From NCBI GenBank assembly GCA_038212275.1, contig JBBQUR010000011.1, positions 64,001-128,000 of the forward strand: a DNA stretch of 64,000 nt, written 5' to 3'. This stretch comes from Planctomycetota bacterium (GTDB lineage Bacteria > Planctomycetota > B15-G4). Of the stretch, positions 9,442 to 20,048 are shown piece by piece (position 1 is the first letter of the stretch; every line of letters begins with the position of its first letter). Made by a program: the position numbers and the translations under genes. Under the pieces are notes generated by a model that was given only the letters and a program-made list of their open reading frames with translations, made no database searches and was not told where the DNA came from.

Positions 9442-10484
9442 GTCACGCTCCAGAGCGCGTCGATCGCCGCCATGTAGAGCGGGATACCGAGCGCGATGTT
9501 GAACGGAAAGGTCATGGCGAGGGACATCGGCAGGAAGAGGCTCGGATTGGCCTCCGGCAGCATCGAGCGGATCGCGGCGGGCACCGCGATGTAGCTCGCG
9601 GAGGCGCAGAGCACTGTGAGCAGCAGCGCATCACCGCGACCGAGCCCGAGCATGTGCGCGGCCGCAACGGCGAGCGCGCCGTGAAGCAGCGGCGCCACCA
9701 CCGCAAACCCCAGCAGCAGCGGCCCCGACGTGCGCAGCGCCGACAACCGGCGGGCCGCGATCATTCCCATGTCGAGCAGGAAGAGGCACAACACGCCTTT
9801 GAACGGCTCATGCGCGAACGGTGCGACGCTGCGCCAGCCCTTCTCGCCGACGAGGGCGCCGATGGCCAGCGCGCCGATCAGGAGAAAGACCGGGCCGCTC
9901 AGGAAGGCCTCGCGCAACAGCGCCGCGACGGAGCCGTGGCCGACATGCCCGGGCGCCGCGCCCGGCTCCGCACTCGCACCGGGTCCGACACCCGCGCTCA
10001 TCCCGACAACGGCGCCCGCGCCGACACCGGCGCGCCGCGCCAGCAGCACTCCGACCAGGATCGCGGGCGACTCCATGAGCGCCATGGCCGCGACCATGTG
10101 GCCAGACCACGCCACCTGCCGATCATCGAGGAAGCTGCACGCCGTCACGAAGGTCACCGCCGAGATTGACCCGTAGGTCGCGCCGATCGCGGCGGCGTCG
10201 GCGGGCCCCAGACGGCGGCGCAGCAGCAGAAAGGTCGTGAGCGGAAAGCAGGCGCTGGCAACGATGCCGACCGCGAGCGGCAGGAGCGAAGCGGGCGCGA
10301 ATCCCGCGGATGCGAGCTCGACGCCTCCATGCATGCCGATGGCGAAGAGCAGGTAGAGCGAGAGGGCCCGCGTGAACGGCTGCGGGATCTCGAGGTCGGA
10401 TCGCAGCAGCGTGGCCGCCATTCCGAGAGCAAAGAACAGGATGGGCGGCGTGAGCAGGTTGCTCGAGATCAGCGACCAGTCCAC
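9438..10484 (-). CDS. sbtA: Sodium-dependent bicarbonate transporter SbtA family permease
   Basis: PPILFF, RSDLEIP, LSLYLL.AIG.HGG, YGSISAVTF, MESPAI, FLLDMG, ASASYIAVPA, TFPFNI; GTG start. Confidence 0.92.
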   Translation of the reverse strand: MDWSLISSNLLTPPILFFALGMAATLLRSDLEIPQPFTRALSLYLLFAIGMHGGVELASAGFAPASLLPLAVGIVASACFPLTTFLLLRRRLGPADAAAIGATYGSISAVTFVTACSFLDDRQVAWSGHMVAAMALMESPAILVGVLLARRAGVGAGAVVGMSAGVGPGASAEPGAAPGHVGHGSVAALLREAFLSGPVFLLIGALAIGALVGEKGWRSVAPFAHEPFKGVLCLFLLDMGMIAARRLSALRTSGPLLLGFAVVAPLLHGALAVAAAHMLGLGRGDALLLTVLCASASYIAVPAAIRSMLPEANPSLFLPMSLAMTFPFNIALGIPLYMAAIDALWSVT

Positions 10485-11692
10485 GTCTCTCCCTTCGCCG
10501 GCGGCACGTGGGCGGCATGCGGCACCGGAGTTTCGGGCGAAGCGGCCGGCGCCGGCCCGACGAGCGCGGCGCGTGCCGCCAGCGCCCGGCGCTCGGCCTC
10601 TGCCAGCGTGGGGGCGGCGACGGTCAGGTGCCCCATCTTCCGGCCGGGACGCGCGTGCTGCTTGCCGTACAGGTGCAGGCGTACTCCGGGGTCGGCGAGC
10701 GCGGCGGCAAAATCCGGAGGTCCTGCAGCCCAGGAATCGCCGAGCAGATTGGCCATCACGGCCGCCGGAACGGTGCGCTGCGTGGAGCCGAGCGGCAGCC
10801 CGCACACCGCGCGCACCTGCTGCTCGAACTGACAGCAGACGTGCGCATCCATCGAGACGTGGCCGGAGTTGTGAGGACGCGGGGCAAGCTCGTTCACGAG
10901 CAGCGAACCGTCCGCGAGCAGGAAAAGCTCGACGCACAGCACGCCGATGACCTGCAGGTGCTCGAGCACGTCGCGAGCGATCGCGAGCGCCTCGTCGCGC
11001 ACGCGCGGCGGCACCGGCGCCGGACAGAGCGTCACGTCGAGCACGTGGTCGCGATGGCGATTCAGGACCGGCTCGTAGAGCGCGATCTCGCCGTCGAGCC
11101 CGCGGGCCCCGACGACCGACAGCTCCGCGGCGAAGGGCACGAAGCCTTCGAGCACCGATGGCGCCGCGCCCAGCGAGCGCCAGGCAGGCTCGAGGTCCTC
11201 TGCGCGCTCGACGAGGCGCTGGCCGTGGCCGTCGTAGCCCCAGGCGGCGGTCTTGAGCACGGCCGGGAAGCCGACCGCGGCCGCGGCTGCCTGAAGTTCC
11301 TCCGCCGAGCCCAGCAAGGCGAAGGGCGCTACCGGCAATCCGTTCGCGGTGAGCGCGCGCTTCTCCCGCACGCGGTCCTGAGTCGCGTGCAGCAGCTCCC
11401 CCGACGGCCGCACCGGAGCGTAGCGCGCAGCGGCCTGCGCCGTGGCGGCCGGAACGTTCTCGAACTCGAAGGTCACCGCCGCCACCTCGCGCGCGAAGCG
11501 TTCGACCGCGTCGAGGTCCTCGTAGGACGCGCGGATCTCTCGATACGCGATCTGACCCGCGGGTGTGTCGTCCCCGGGGGCGAAGACGGTGACGCGATAA
11601 CCCATGCGGCGCGCGGCCAGCGTGAACATCCGGCCCAGCTGCCCTCCGCCGAGCACGCCGAGCACGGCGCCGGGCTGAATCGAGGTGCTCAT
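10469..11692 (-). CDS. purK: N5-carboxyaminoimidazole ribonucleotide synthase
   Basis: [47 protein letters not shown]. Confidence 0.95.
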   Translation of the reverse strand: MSTSIQPGAVLGVLGGGQLGRMFTLAARRMGYRVTVFAPGDDTPAGQIAYREIRASYEDLDAVERFAREVAAVTFEFENVPAATAQAAARYAPVRPSGELLHATQDRVREKRALTANGLPVAPFALLGSAEELQAAAAAVGFPAVLKTAAWGYDGHGQRLVERAEDLEPAWRSLGAAPSVLEGFVPFAAELSVVGARGLDGEIALYEPVLNRHRDHVLDVTLCPAPVPPRVRDEALAIARDVLEHLQVIGVLCVELFLLADGSLLVNELAPRPHNSGHVSMDAHVCCQFEQQVRAVCGLPLGSTQRTVPAAVMANLLGDSWAAGPPDFAAALADPGVRLHLYGKQHARPGRKMGHLTVAAPTLAEAERRALAARAALVGPAPAASPETPVPHAAHVPPAKGETWTGR

Positions 11693-12183
11693 GTCAGCGT
11701 CGCCTCCATCACTTTGCGCTCCTGGGCCTCGTGGAAAGCCTGCAGGCGGGCACGCAGCGCGGGGTCCTCGCCCGCCAGCATGCGCACCGCAAGCAGCGCC
11801 GCGTTGCGCGCCCCGGCCTCGCCGATCGCGAAGGTCGCGACCGGCACGCCGGCCGGCATCTGCACGATGGACAGCAGCGAGTCCACGCCGCGCAGCACGC
11901 GGCTCTCCACGGGCACGCCCAGCACCGGCAGCGCCGTCCAGGCCGCCAGCATGCCCGGCAGGTGGGCCGCCCCACCCGCGCCGGCGATGAGCACGCGCAG
12001 GCCGCGCGCCTCCGCCCCGCGAGCGTAGCTCCGCAGGAGTTCCGGGGTGCGGTGGGCCGAGACGACGCGCGCCTCGCGAGGCACGTCGAACTCGTCGAGA
12101 CATTCGGCGGCGTGGCGCAGCGTCGGCCAGTCCGAGGCGCTGCCCATCACGACGCCGATGAGGGGAGATCGTTCGGAAGGCAT
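11689..12183 (-). CDS. purE: N5-CAIR mutase
   Basis: [41 protein letters not shown]. Confidence 0.96.
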   Translation of the reverse strand: MPSERSPLIGVVMGSASDWPTLRHAAECLDEFDVPREARVVSAHRTPELLRSYARGAEARGLRVLIAGAGGAAHLPGMLAAWTALPVLGVPVESRVLRGVDSLLSIVQMPAGVPVATFAIGEAGARNAALLAVRMLAGEDPALRARLQAFHEAQERKVMEATLT

Positions 12184-12248
12184 GGGACTCCGTGGGAGAC
12201 TGGAGGTTGCTCCGTGGCCGTTCCGGCGGCCGCGGCTATAGAGGAAGC

Positions 12249-12278
12249 ACAATACACGAACGGAACTTCGTATGTCAA
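12249..12278 (-). promoter_or_regulatory. Putative sigma70 promoter of purE-purK-sbtA-sbtB with an inverted-repeat operator in its spacer
   Basis: Minus strand TTGACA-N18-TATTGT; imperfect palindrome ACGAA-N6-TTCGT (12256-12271) abutting the regulator ATG. Confidence 0.6.
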
Positions 12279-12631
12279 GCCGCGCCGCAACGTCCCGCCG
12301 CAAGTCCACAGCGCCACCTGCGCCCCAAGCGCCCCCTGCCAAGGCGTGGACCTTCCTGTCGAACCACGCGCACGTGCTCATCTGCCTGGCAGCTGCCCCC
12401 GAACTGCGTCTGCGCGAAGTCGCCGCGCGCGTCGGCATCACCGAGCGCGCGGTGCAGACGATCCTGGCCGACCTCGAGTCCGAGGGCCTCGTGACGCGCC
12501 GGCGCGACGGCCGCTGCAATCGCTATGTGCTGCACCTCGACCAGCCGCTGCGCCACGCGGTCGAGTCACACCGCAGCGTGCGCGAGCTGATCGACTTCGC
12601 GACGCGTACGCCACGGAAGAACAGGAACTGA
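12272..12631 (+). CDS. Winged-helix transcriptional regulator (MarR/AsnC-like)
   Basis: [36 protein letters not shown]; divergent from purE. Confidence 0.85.
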   Translation: MSSRAATSRRKSTAPPAPQAPPAKAWTFLSNHAHVLICLAAAPELRLREVAARVGITERAVQTILADLESEGLVTRRRDGRCNRYVLHLDQPLRHAVESHRSVRELIDFATRTPRKNRN

Positions 12632-12800
12632 GGCGCGGCCCCCCCGGCGCAGGATGCCGGATCTCGCGCAGCACGCGCGCAGCGAACCCTCCGGCAGGAA
12701 CGAGCCCGCCGGCCCGCGGAAACTTCGGGCGCCCCGAAATCCCTTCATGCCCTAGAGTCTCCGCATGACCGCGGCTGATCCCTCCCAGGAGTCTTCGACG

Positions 12801-14564
12801 ATGAATCGGATCCGCATCCTCTGCACCGCCACCGCGTTGTCGCTCGGCGCCGTTCCCGCGCCCGCCCAGTGGAGTGCCGACCCGGCCGGCAACCTCGCGG
12901 TGGCGGATGCCGCCAGCGACCAGTCCCAGGCGAAACTCGAGGCTGTCGCCGGCCAGGCCGTGTACCTGAGCTGGTTCGACGGCATCGGCAGCGGCTACGA
13001 CGTGCGCCTGCAGCAGCTCGACGCCGCGGGCCACGAGCTGTTCCCGCACGCGGGCGTGCTCGTGGCGGACCGCGGCTTCAGCTCCACGCAGGACTACGGT
13101 CTCTCGCACAGCGCCACGAACGACGCGCTGCTGGCCTTCCGCGACGATCGTCCCGGCGGCGTGCAGATCACCGCAGCCAAGGTGACCCCCGCCGGCAACC
13201 AGCCCTGGGGTGCGGCCGGCATCCAGCTCACCGCCACGGCTGCTTTCGTGGCCTCGCCGAAGATCGCCGGCACGGCGGACGGCGGCGCCGTGGTCGCCTG
13301 GACTCAGGACTCCTCCGTGCGCCTGCGCAAGCTGGACGCAAGCGGCGTCAAGCAGTGGGCCAGCGACGTCGTGCTCACGCCGGCCGCGGGCACCTACTCG
13401 GTCAGCGACCTGCACGCCGCGGGCAACGACGTCGTGCTCTCGATCGTGCACCAGACAGGCAGCTTCACTTCGCCGAAACAGCTGCGCACGCAGAAGTTCG
13501 ACAGCAACGGCACCGCGCTGTGGGGCGCCTCGCCCGTGTCCGTGTTCGACAGCGGCTCGCTGCAGTTCGGCAACTTCCCGGGCTTCGAGCCGGACGGCTC
13601 CGGTGGCGCGGTGTTCTCGTGGTACGGCACCTCGCCGTTGCAGTGCTGGGCGCAGCACATCAAGTCCGACGGGACCGAGGCCTATCCGCACAACGGCGTG
13701 GCGGTCTCCACCAACGCAGGCCAGGTCCGCGTGAATCCGTGGGCCTCCTACGATGCGGACAACGGCACGACGGTGGTGAGCTGGGTCGAACAGAATTCGC
13801 TGCAGTCCCAGTTCGGCCTGTCGAGCCAGAAGCTCGGCGCGACGGGCAACCGGCTCTGGGGCGCGCAGGGCGCGGTGCAGATCCCGCTCGGCAGCGCCGA
13901 GATCAGCAACGTGCGCAACATCACGTCCGCCGACACCACCTTCGTGTACTGGATGACGGCGCCCTCCTTCGGCCAGGACGTGATCCGCGGCCGGCGCCTC
14001 GCATCCGACGGCAGCACCGACATGGGGCCGTTCGACGTGGCCTCCACACCCAGCGACAAGCTGCGTGTGGCGCTGACGCGTGACAGCGCAGGGCAGATGG
14101 TCCTGGCCTGGACCGACGCGCTGGTCGACGAGGGTGACCTGCTCGCGCAGAACGTGAACTGTGACGGCACGCTGGGTGCACCCGCGCTCGGCGCTCACTG
14201 GACCGACCTCGGACAGGGCCTGGCGGGCCTCACGGGCGTGCCGACGCTGTCGGGCGAAGGCACGCTCTGTGGCGGTGCACCGTTCACGATCACGCTCGCC
14301 AACGCCCGCCCCAACAGCAGCGCGGCGCTGCTGGGCGGCTTCACCCAGGTCTTCCAGCCCTTCAAGGGCGGAGTGCTCGTGCCCAGCCCGGACCTGATCT
14401 TCGTCGGCCTGCCGACCGGCCCCGCGGGTTCGCTCGTGCTGGGCAGCATCTGGCCCGGCAACGTGCCCAGCGGTTTCCAGTTCACGATGCAGTGCTGGAT
14501 CAGCGACGTCGCCGGCCCCAAGGGTTTCTCGGCCAGCAACGGTCTGGAAGCCCAGTCGCCGTAA
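12801..14564 (+). CDS. Secreted beta-rich repeat protein with conserved PFKGG C-terminal domain
   Basis: AGGAG RBS; signal ending APA-Q; repeated DGxGGA(V)xxW and QKxDxxG..LWG units; CTD 14199-14564. Confidence 0.8.
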   Translation: MNRIRILCTATALSLGAVPAPAQWSADPAGNLAVADAASDQSQAKLEAVAGQAVYLSWFDGIGSGYDVRLQQLDAAGHELFPHAGVLVADRGFSSTQDYGLSHSATNDALLAFRDDRPGGVQITAAKVTPAGNQPWGAAGIQLTATAAFVASPKIAGTADGGAVVAWTQDSSVRLRKLDASGVKQWASDVVLTPAAGTYSVSDLHAAGNDVVLSIVHQTGSFTSPKQLRTQKFDSNGTALWGASPVSVFDSGSLQFGNFPGFEPDGSGGAVFSWYGTSPLQCWAQHIKSDGTEAYPHNGVAVSTNAGQVRVNPWASYDADNGTTVVSWVEQNSLQSQFGLSSQKLGATGNRLWGAQGAVQIPLGSAEISNVRNITSADTTFVYWMTAPSFGQDVIRGRRLASDGSTDMGPFDVASTPSDKLRVALTRDSAGQMVLAWTDALVDEGDLLAQNVNCDGTLGAPALGAHWTDLGQGLAGLTGVPTLSGEGTLCGGAPFTITLANARPNSSAALLGGFTQVFQPFKGGVLVPSPDLIFVGLPTGPAGSLVLGSIWPGNVPSGFQFTMQCWISDVAGPKGFSASNGLEAQSP

Positions 14565-14757
14565 GCGGTCCCGAAACTTCCGCGCGCTTCACGCCCGACG
14601 CGGCCCGCCCGAAGTGACCTGCGCCGGGTGACCTGCGCGTGGAGACGTTCATCAACCCACCCGGACGGCGCTGGACTCGATGGATGCTGCAAGGCACAAC
14701 GGCGCAGCCGGTCCAGGCGCGGGCGCGTCGCGGCCAGGCGCCGTGACCGGAGGCGAC

Positions 14758-17619
14758 GTGTCGGCAAGGGCGTGGATGCTTCTTTGTGCGGCGCTCACGC
14801 TGGTGGGCCTCGTGCTGCTGCGCGTCCCCTTCCGCTGGCTCCATCCGGACGAGGTGCTGCCGCTGGAGTTCTCCGCACTTGCGCCCGACGAGGGCCACGC
14901 CTTCCTGATGCCGCTGACGATTGCGCACGTCAGCGACCGCGACGGCCGCTCGAACCTGCACCTCTATGAGGACGACATGGAACTCGGGCCGGCGCACGCG
15001 CTGCACACCAGCATCCGGCAGGCGGGCGCCGGGGCCTACTCGCACTGGGGCGACTGGCTGTACTTCTCGGCCTCCGACGACAGTGATCCGCGCACGAACG
15101 GGCGCCGCTACGAAGCGCGCTTTCCGAAGACGGTCACCGACGCGCAGTCGCTGCCGGGCGCGGTGCTCGTGCTGCTGGCCGCTGTCGTGGCGCTGGCGGC
15201 GGTGCTGGCGCGCACCCGTGCGTTGCGCGCGGCAGGCGCAACGGCAGCCTCCGCCTGGGGCACCTGGCTTGCGGCCGGCGTGTTCGTCGCGCTCGGACTC
15301 CTCGTGCTCTTCGCGATGCACCGAAGGGATGTGCTCCGCGACAGCCTGGAGGAGTTGACGGCCTCGTTCACGGAGCCGCTCGTCACGGAGAACGCAGGCA
15401 CCGCGAAGGCCGACGACGCGCCGGGCGCCGGGCGCTCATCACCCGGCCGCGACATCGCCCCGCGAACGCTGCGCCTGCTCGATGCGCCGGACGCGCTGGA
15501 CTTCCGCGCCACGGGCGCCGCGCCGAGCGCACGAGCGCCCGTGACCGTGAGCTTCCCGAAAACGATCACGCTGGAGCCGGGCCAGCGCATGGAGTGCGCC
15601 TCGGCCTTCGACATGCGCGACGACGACCTCGCGGAACTGCAGCTCACGCTGCGCGTGCTGCAGGGCCGGAGCTTCCTGCTGCACTTCACGCTGAGCACGA
15701 CGCCGGAGGCTGCTGCCGGAGAAGGTGCTGGCGACACGTATCAGGCCTCGATCGAGGTGCCCGTCGAGCCCTCGGAAGACTGGCAGACGCTGTGCCTCGG
15801 CGAGCCGCTCGTGCTCTCGGGCGAGCAACTCTGGTCCGACGGCTCGGTGCATGTCACGCGCCTCGCGATCGGCAACCCGGACATGGCGCCCGGCCCCGTG
15901 CGGATCGAGGTGCGCGAGGCCGTGCTGTCCGGCGCGGGCGCCGTCTACACGCGCACGACGCACGGCAGCGGCCGCCTCGCGGTGGGCGACGACGATCGGA
16001 ACGCGTGGTGGCAGAGCGTCTCGGGCGGGGTGACCTTGCCGGCGACGGAACTCTCCGGCCGGCGACTGCGTGGCGCGGTCGCCCTGCTCGATCCGGAGGG
16101 CGTCGGCGGCACGGCGTCGTATCGCGTGGAGACCGTGGACGACGCGGGCAGACGCCGCGTGCTGCAGGCCGGCACGCTCGACGCCTCGCAGGGCTGGCTG
16201 GAGCTGCAGGCCGACGTGGCGCGCGACGCGGGGCCGCTGCGACTCGTCTTCGGATGCGATGAGCTGCCGGCGGGGACGGCGCTCGCGTGGTCTGCGCTGC
16301 GCGGCGTGGACCTGTCACGGCCGGCGCAGCGCGCGGTCTTCGTGCTGATCGACACGCTGCGCGCAGATGCCACCGGCTTCGGCGGCGGCCCGAGCGAGGC
16401 GACACCGGCGCTCGATGCCCTGGCGGCGCAGGGCGCGAGCTTCACGCGCTGCTACAGCCAGGCGAGCTGGACGCGGCCGTCCATGCCATCCATCCTCACG
16501 GGGCGCTACGTCGCAGCGACGGGCGTCCAGCTCATGGGGCAGCGCCTGCCGCTGCGCTACGAGACGATGGCGGAGTCCTTCGCGACGGCCGGCTTTCACA
16601 CGCTGGCCTTTCTCACGAACACGAACGCGGGTGCGGCCGCCGGCCTCGACCAGGGCTTCGATGAGCTCGTCCTGAAGTTCGACACGTCCATTCACGACAC
16701 GGAGCGATTCCTGGCGTCGGTCGTCTCGCCGCGCCTCGCGCAGCTGCCCGACGACGATCTCTTCGTGTCGGTGCACCTCATGGAAGTGCACGAGCCGTTC
16801 GGGCCGATCGACGAACCGCCGGAATGGCGCGGCGCAAGCGGCGGCGAGTCCCTGCCGCACGACGCGCACTACGACCGCCCGTGGGTTGCTGCCCCCACCG
16901 CGAACACGCGTCGCGAGCTCTACGCGCTGGACGTGCGGCGTACCGACCGCGCTCTCGGCGCCTTCTTCGACCGCTGGCTGCCCACGTGGGAGTCGGGCCA
17001 CGGCAGCCCGGTGATCGTGGCGGTGGCCTCGGACCACGGCGAGTTTCTCGGCGAGGGTGGTCACTGGGGGCACGGCTGGGAGCCGATGTCCTCCGCCGTG
17101 CTCCACGTGCCGCTGCTGCTGCGTGCGCCGGGACGCATCCCGCCAGGTGTGCGCTGCACGGAGGTCGTGCAGAACGTGGACATCTGCGAGACCATGCTCG
17201 CGCTGGCAGGCGTGCGGCGCCGCACCGTGGACGCCGGCGTCGCCGGCCGAAGCCTGCTGCCGCTGCTGGACTCGGGCGAACGCCGCGGCCCGCGGACGGC
17301 GCTGGCAGGACTCGAGAGCGGCCCCTCGCGCATCTTCACCGTGATCACCGCACAGCAGGAACTCGTGGGAGAGACGGGAAGGTTGCTGTCGCCACCGACC
17401 GACGGGCTGCAGGACCTGCTCGGCGCGCACAGCCCGCCGCAGACCTCGAGCGATGCGTCCCTGAACATCGAGGTCGACTTCGAGCGCGCGTGGGCGGCCT
17501 ACCTGCTCACACAACGGGCCTGGCGTCGGCAACTCTGGGAAGGCAGCAGCGCCGAGCCGATGACGCTCGAGCCGGGAGCACTGGAGCAGCTACAGACGCT
17601 GGGATACTTCGGCCGCTGA
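14758..17619 (+). CDS. Membrane-anchored sulfatase-like hydrolase/transferase (alkaline phosphatase superfamily)
   Basis: N-terminal TM helices; LIDTLRAD, SWTRPS, H.MEVHEPF, SDHGE, LHVPL, C-terminal LQTLGY; GTG start after GGAGG. Confidence 0.8.
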   Translation: MSARAWMLLCAALTLVGLVLLRVPFRWLHPDEVLPLEFSALAPDEGHAFLMPLTIAHVSDRDGRSNLHLYEDDMELGPAHALHTSIRQAGAGAYSHWGDWLYFSASDDSDPRTNGRRYEARFPKTVTDAQSLPGAVLVLLAAVVALAAVLARTRALRAAGATAASAWGTWLAAGVFVALGLLVLFAMHRRDVLRDSLEELTASFTEPLVTENAGTAKADDAPGAGRSSPGRDIAPRTLRLLDAPDALDFRATGAAPSARAPVTVSFPKTITLEPGQRMECASAFDMRDDDLAELQLTLRVLQGRSFLLHFTLSTTPEAAAGEGAGDTYQASIEVPVEPSEDWQTLCLGEPLVLSGEQLWSDGSVHVTRLAIGNPDMAPGPVRIEVREAVLSGAGAVYTRTTHGSGRLAVGDDDRNAWWQSVSGGVTLPATELSGRRLRGAVALLDPEGVGGTASYRVETVDDAGRRRVLQAGTLDASQGWLELQADVARDAGPLRLVFGCDELPAGTALAWSALRGVDLSRPAQRAVFVLIDTLRADATGFGGGPSEATPALDALAAQGASFTRCYSQASWTRPSMPSILTGRYVAATGVQLMGQRLPLRYETMAESFATAGFHTLAFLTNTNAGAAAGLDQGFDELVLKFDTSIHDTERFLASVVSPRLAQLPDDDLFVSVHLMEVHEPFGPIDEPPEWRGASGGESLPHDAHYDRPWVAAPTANTRRELYALDVRRTDRALGAFFDRWLPTWESGHGSPVIVAVASDHGEFLGEGGHWGHGWEPMSSAVLHVPLLLRAPGRIPPGVRCTEVVQNVDICETMLALAGVRRRTVDAGVAGRSLLPLLDSGERRGPRTALAGLESGPSRIFTVITAQQELVGETGRLLSPPTDGLQDLLGAHSPPQTSSDASLNIEVDFERAWAAYLLTQRAWRRQLWEGSSAEPMTLEPGALEQLQTLGYFGR

Positions 17620-17750
17620 GCGCGCGCACCACGGCGCAGCACGGCAAGCTGCTGCGCTCGCTTGCCGGATGCCCCCCGGATGCCCGGCGACGACCGCGAC
17701 GTGTCGCGCGGTCGTCGCCGGAAGCTGCACCGGGCGCAGCTCGATGAAGA

Positions 17751-17903
17751 CTACTTCGCGATGATGGTCTTCTGGTTGGCCATGATCGTCTTCTGGTTCG
17801 CGATGATGGTCTTCTGGTTGGCCATGATCGACTTCTGGTTCTTCGTGATTCCGGCCTGATTCTTGAGGATCTTGGCCTGGTTGGCCACTGTGGCATTCGC
17901 CAT
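17751..17903 (-). CDS. 50-aa heptad-repeat (IxxNQxx) coiled-coil microprotein, absent from the ORF track
   Basis: GGAGAG RBS; MANATVANQAKILKNQAGITKNQKSIMANQKTIIANQKTIMANQKTIIAK*; GC-rich third codon positions. Confidence 0.75.
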   Translation of the reverse strand: MANATVANQAKILKNQAGITKNQKSIMANQKTIIANQKTIMANQKTIIAK

Positions 17904-18243
17904 GGTTCTCTCCCGAGTGATGGACATGCGGCGCTTCGCCGCGGCGGATACACGCTAGCGAAGTGGGCAGCCGACTCCACGCGTCGTGAACCGACGTTCT
18001 GCAAGTTCGATGCGGCGCGGAGTGGAAGGACGTCGGCAACCGTGCCACCTGCCCGGCCACCGGGACCATCGCCGGCTCTCCGTGCGGAATTCCGGTGACC
18101 GACGCGAGCCTCATGTCGGGCTTCGTGTCGGAAGTCCGTAATGACCTGCAGGCGCGTCACCAGACGCGCGTCGCACCATGTGCTGGATGAAGGCTGAGCG
18201 TTGCCCGGCCGATCCCGTGCCGGTGCCTGATCGGAGCAACGTC

Positions 18244-19806
18244 ATGACCCCGCGTGTGCTTGCCGCGCTGCTGATCGGCGCCCTCATTGCCTCACCGGGC
18301 GCCGCGCTGTCGGCGCAGTGCACCCCCGGTTTCGACGTCTCGCCCGGTGTCCCGGGATTCGATCTCGAGGTCTTCGCGTTCGAGCGGTTCGGGGCCGGGA
18401 CGCATGAGCTCTACGCGGGCGGGCGCTTCAAGAAGTTCGGTGCGACGCCGATACACGGCCTCGCCCGCTGGACCGGTACGGCGTGGCAGGCTGTCGGCGC
18501 GGGAGTAGCCGGCGGCCCGGTGCCGGCCGTGCGCGCCCTCCTGGCCGGCGATGACGGTTCGGGTCCATCCCTCTTCGTGGGCGGGGACTTCTCGTCGATC
18601 GATGGCGTGCCAGCGGGGTGCATCGCGCGCTTTGACGGTGAGCACTTTCACGCGATCGGCAACGGGTTGCCGGCCGCGGTGAATGCGCTCGCTCTGTACG
18701 ACGCCGGCAGCGGACCGCGGCTCTACGCAGGAACCGACTTCACCGACAGCAGCGTGCCGGGGGGCGTGTACCGCTTCGAAGCGGGGACCTGGAGTCTCGT
18801 GGCGGGTGGAGTCGCCGTGGGCCCGGGAAACAACGCGGGCTCGGTCGACGCTCTCGCGGTGTACGGCTCAGGCCGCGGTGAACTCTACGCGGGCGGAATA
18901 TTCGTCCTCGCGGGCGGAATCGCCGCCACATACATCGCGCGCTTCGACGGCACGGCGTGGCGCGACGTCAACGGTGGCATGGACGAGCCCGTGCACACCA
19001 TGGCCACGTTCGATGATGGCACCGGTCCTCAGCTCTTCTGCGGCGGCACCTTCCTTCATGCCGGTGCGCCGGCGGTTCCCGCAACGCACGCGGCGCGTTG
19101 GAACGGCAGTTCATGGAACCACCTCGGCAACACGAATCCCTTCGAATTCTTCGGAATCATCGGCGCCATCGAGAGCTTCGATGACGGCAGCGGCCCTGCG
19201 CTCTATCTCGCGGGCGTCACCGCCTTCGTCCCGACACCGGTTTTCCGGTGGGATGGCGGCCCGGCCTGGACGCCGCTCGCCACGACGCTGTCGGGCCGGG
19301 TCTACGCCATGGCGACGTTGCCCGACGGCCTGTCCAACGACCTGTTCCTTGGCGGCATGATCACGGCAGTCGGTGCGGCTCCCGTCGCGGGAGCCGCACG
19401 CTACCGGGGCTGTCCGCTGCCGCCCGCGAGCCTGAAAGCGATCACGCCGCCGCAACTGGGCACGGATCTCGTGCTGCACGGCAGCAGTCCCGGAGGAGCC
19501 GGCCGGCCGTACTTCTGCGGCTTCGCTTTCAGCAGTCGCCCCGGCATCCAGCTCGCGCAGGGCACTCAGGTGCCGCTCGCCATCGATCAACTCTTGTTGC
19601 TCTCGCTCGATGCGGCGAACGTGCTCTTCGACGACCAGTTCGGAACGCTTGACGCCGATTCGAGTGCCACCGTGCGGCTGCACCTGCCGCCGCTCCCCAT
19701 CGCGGCGGGAATCGACATCGTCGCGTCGCTGATCGTGTTCGGCGCCGGCGAGCCGGACGGCATTCACGCGGTGTCGCCCGCACTGGCACTGACGCTGAGC
19801 AACTGA
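18244..19806 (+). CDS. Secreted beta-propeller repeat protein with divergent C-terminal domain
   Basis: Signal ending LSA-Q; about 7 repeats of DDGSGPxLYAGGxF...IARFDGxxW. Confidence 0.8.
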   Translation: MTPRVLAALLIGALIASPGAALSAQCTPGFDVSPGVPGFDLEVFAFERFGAGTHELYAGGRFKKFGATPIHGLARWTGTAWQAVGAGVAGGPVPAVRALLAGDDGSGPSLFVGGDFSSIDGVPAGCIARFDGEHFHAIGNGLPAAVNALALYDAGSGPRLYAGTDFTDSSVPGGVYRFEAGTWSLVAGGVAVGPGNNAGSVDALAVYGSGRGELYAGGIFVLAGGIAATYIARFDGTAWRDVNGGMDEPVHTMATFDDGTGPQLFCGGTFLHAGAPAVPATHAARWNGSSWNHLGNTNPFEFFGIIGAIESFDDGSGPALYLAGVTAFVPTPVFRWDGGPAWTPLATTLSGRVYAMATLPDGLSNDLFLGGMITAVGAAPVAGAARYRGCPLPPASLKAITPPQLGTDLVLHGSSPGGAGRPYFCGFAFSSRPGIQLAQGTQVPLAIDQLLLLSLDAANVLFDDQFGTLDADSSATVRLHLPPLPIAAGIDIVASLIVFGAGEPDGIHAVSPALALTLSN

Positions 19807-20048
19807 TGAGCGTGCACCTGGACGATGGCCCTGACACGCAAAGCGGCCGCGGACACCGACACGATTTTCCGCTGATTGGCTTCGTTTCCACGAAGAAACG
19901 CGTACGCGGATTTCGCGTGTGACGGGAAAGCACAGGCCTCCGGTGAACTGATGTGAATCCCGATGTCAGCCCGGTCGAGTGCGGGGCCCTCACGCCTCGC
20001 GCGCCTCGCGCACCCGCTCGACCGCCAACCCTCGCCAGGAGAAGAGTC

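Noticed and set aside
17662..17859. Plus-strand ORF with MMVFWLA repeats, and the minus-strand EDHHRE frame (17590..18114)
   Set aside because: Alternative readings of the same 21-bp repeat; the NQ frame has the RBS, clean boundaries and synonymous variation
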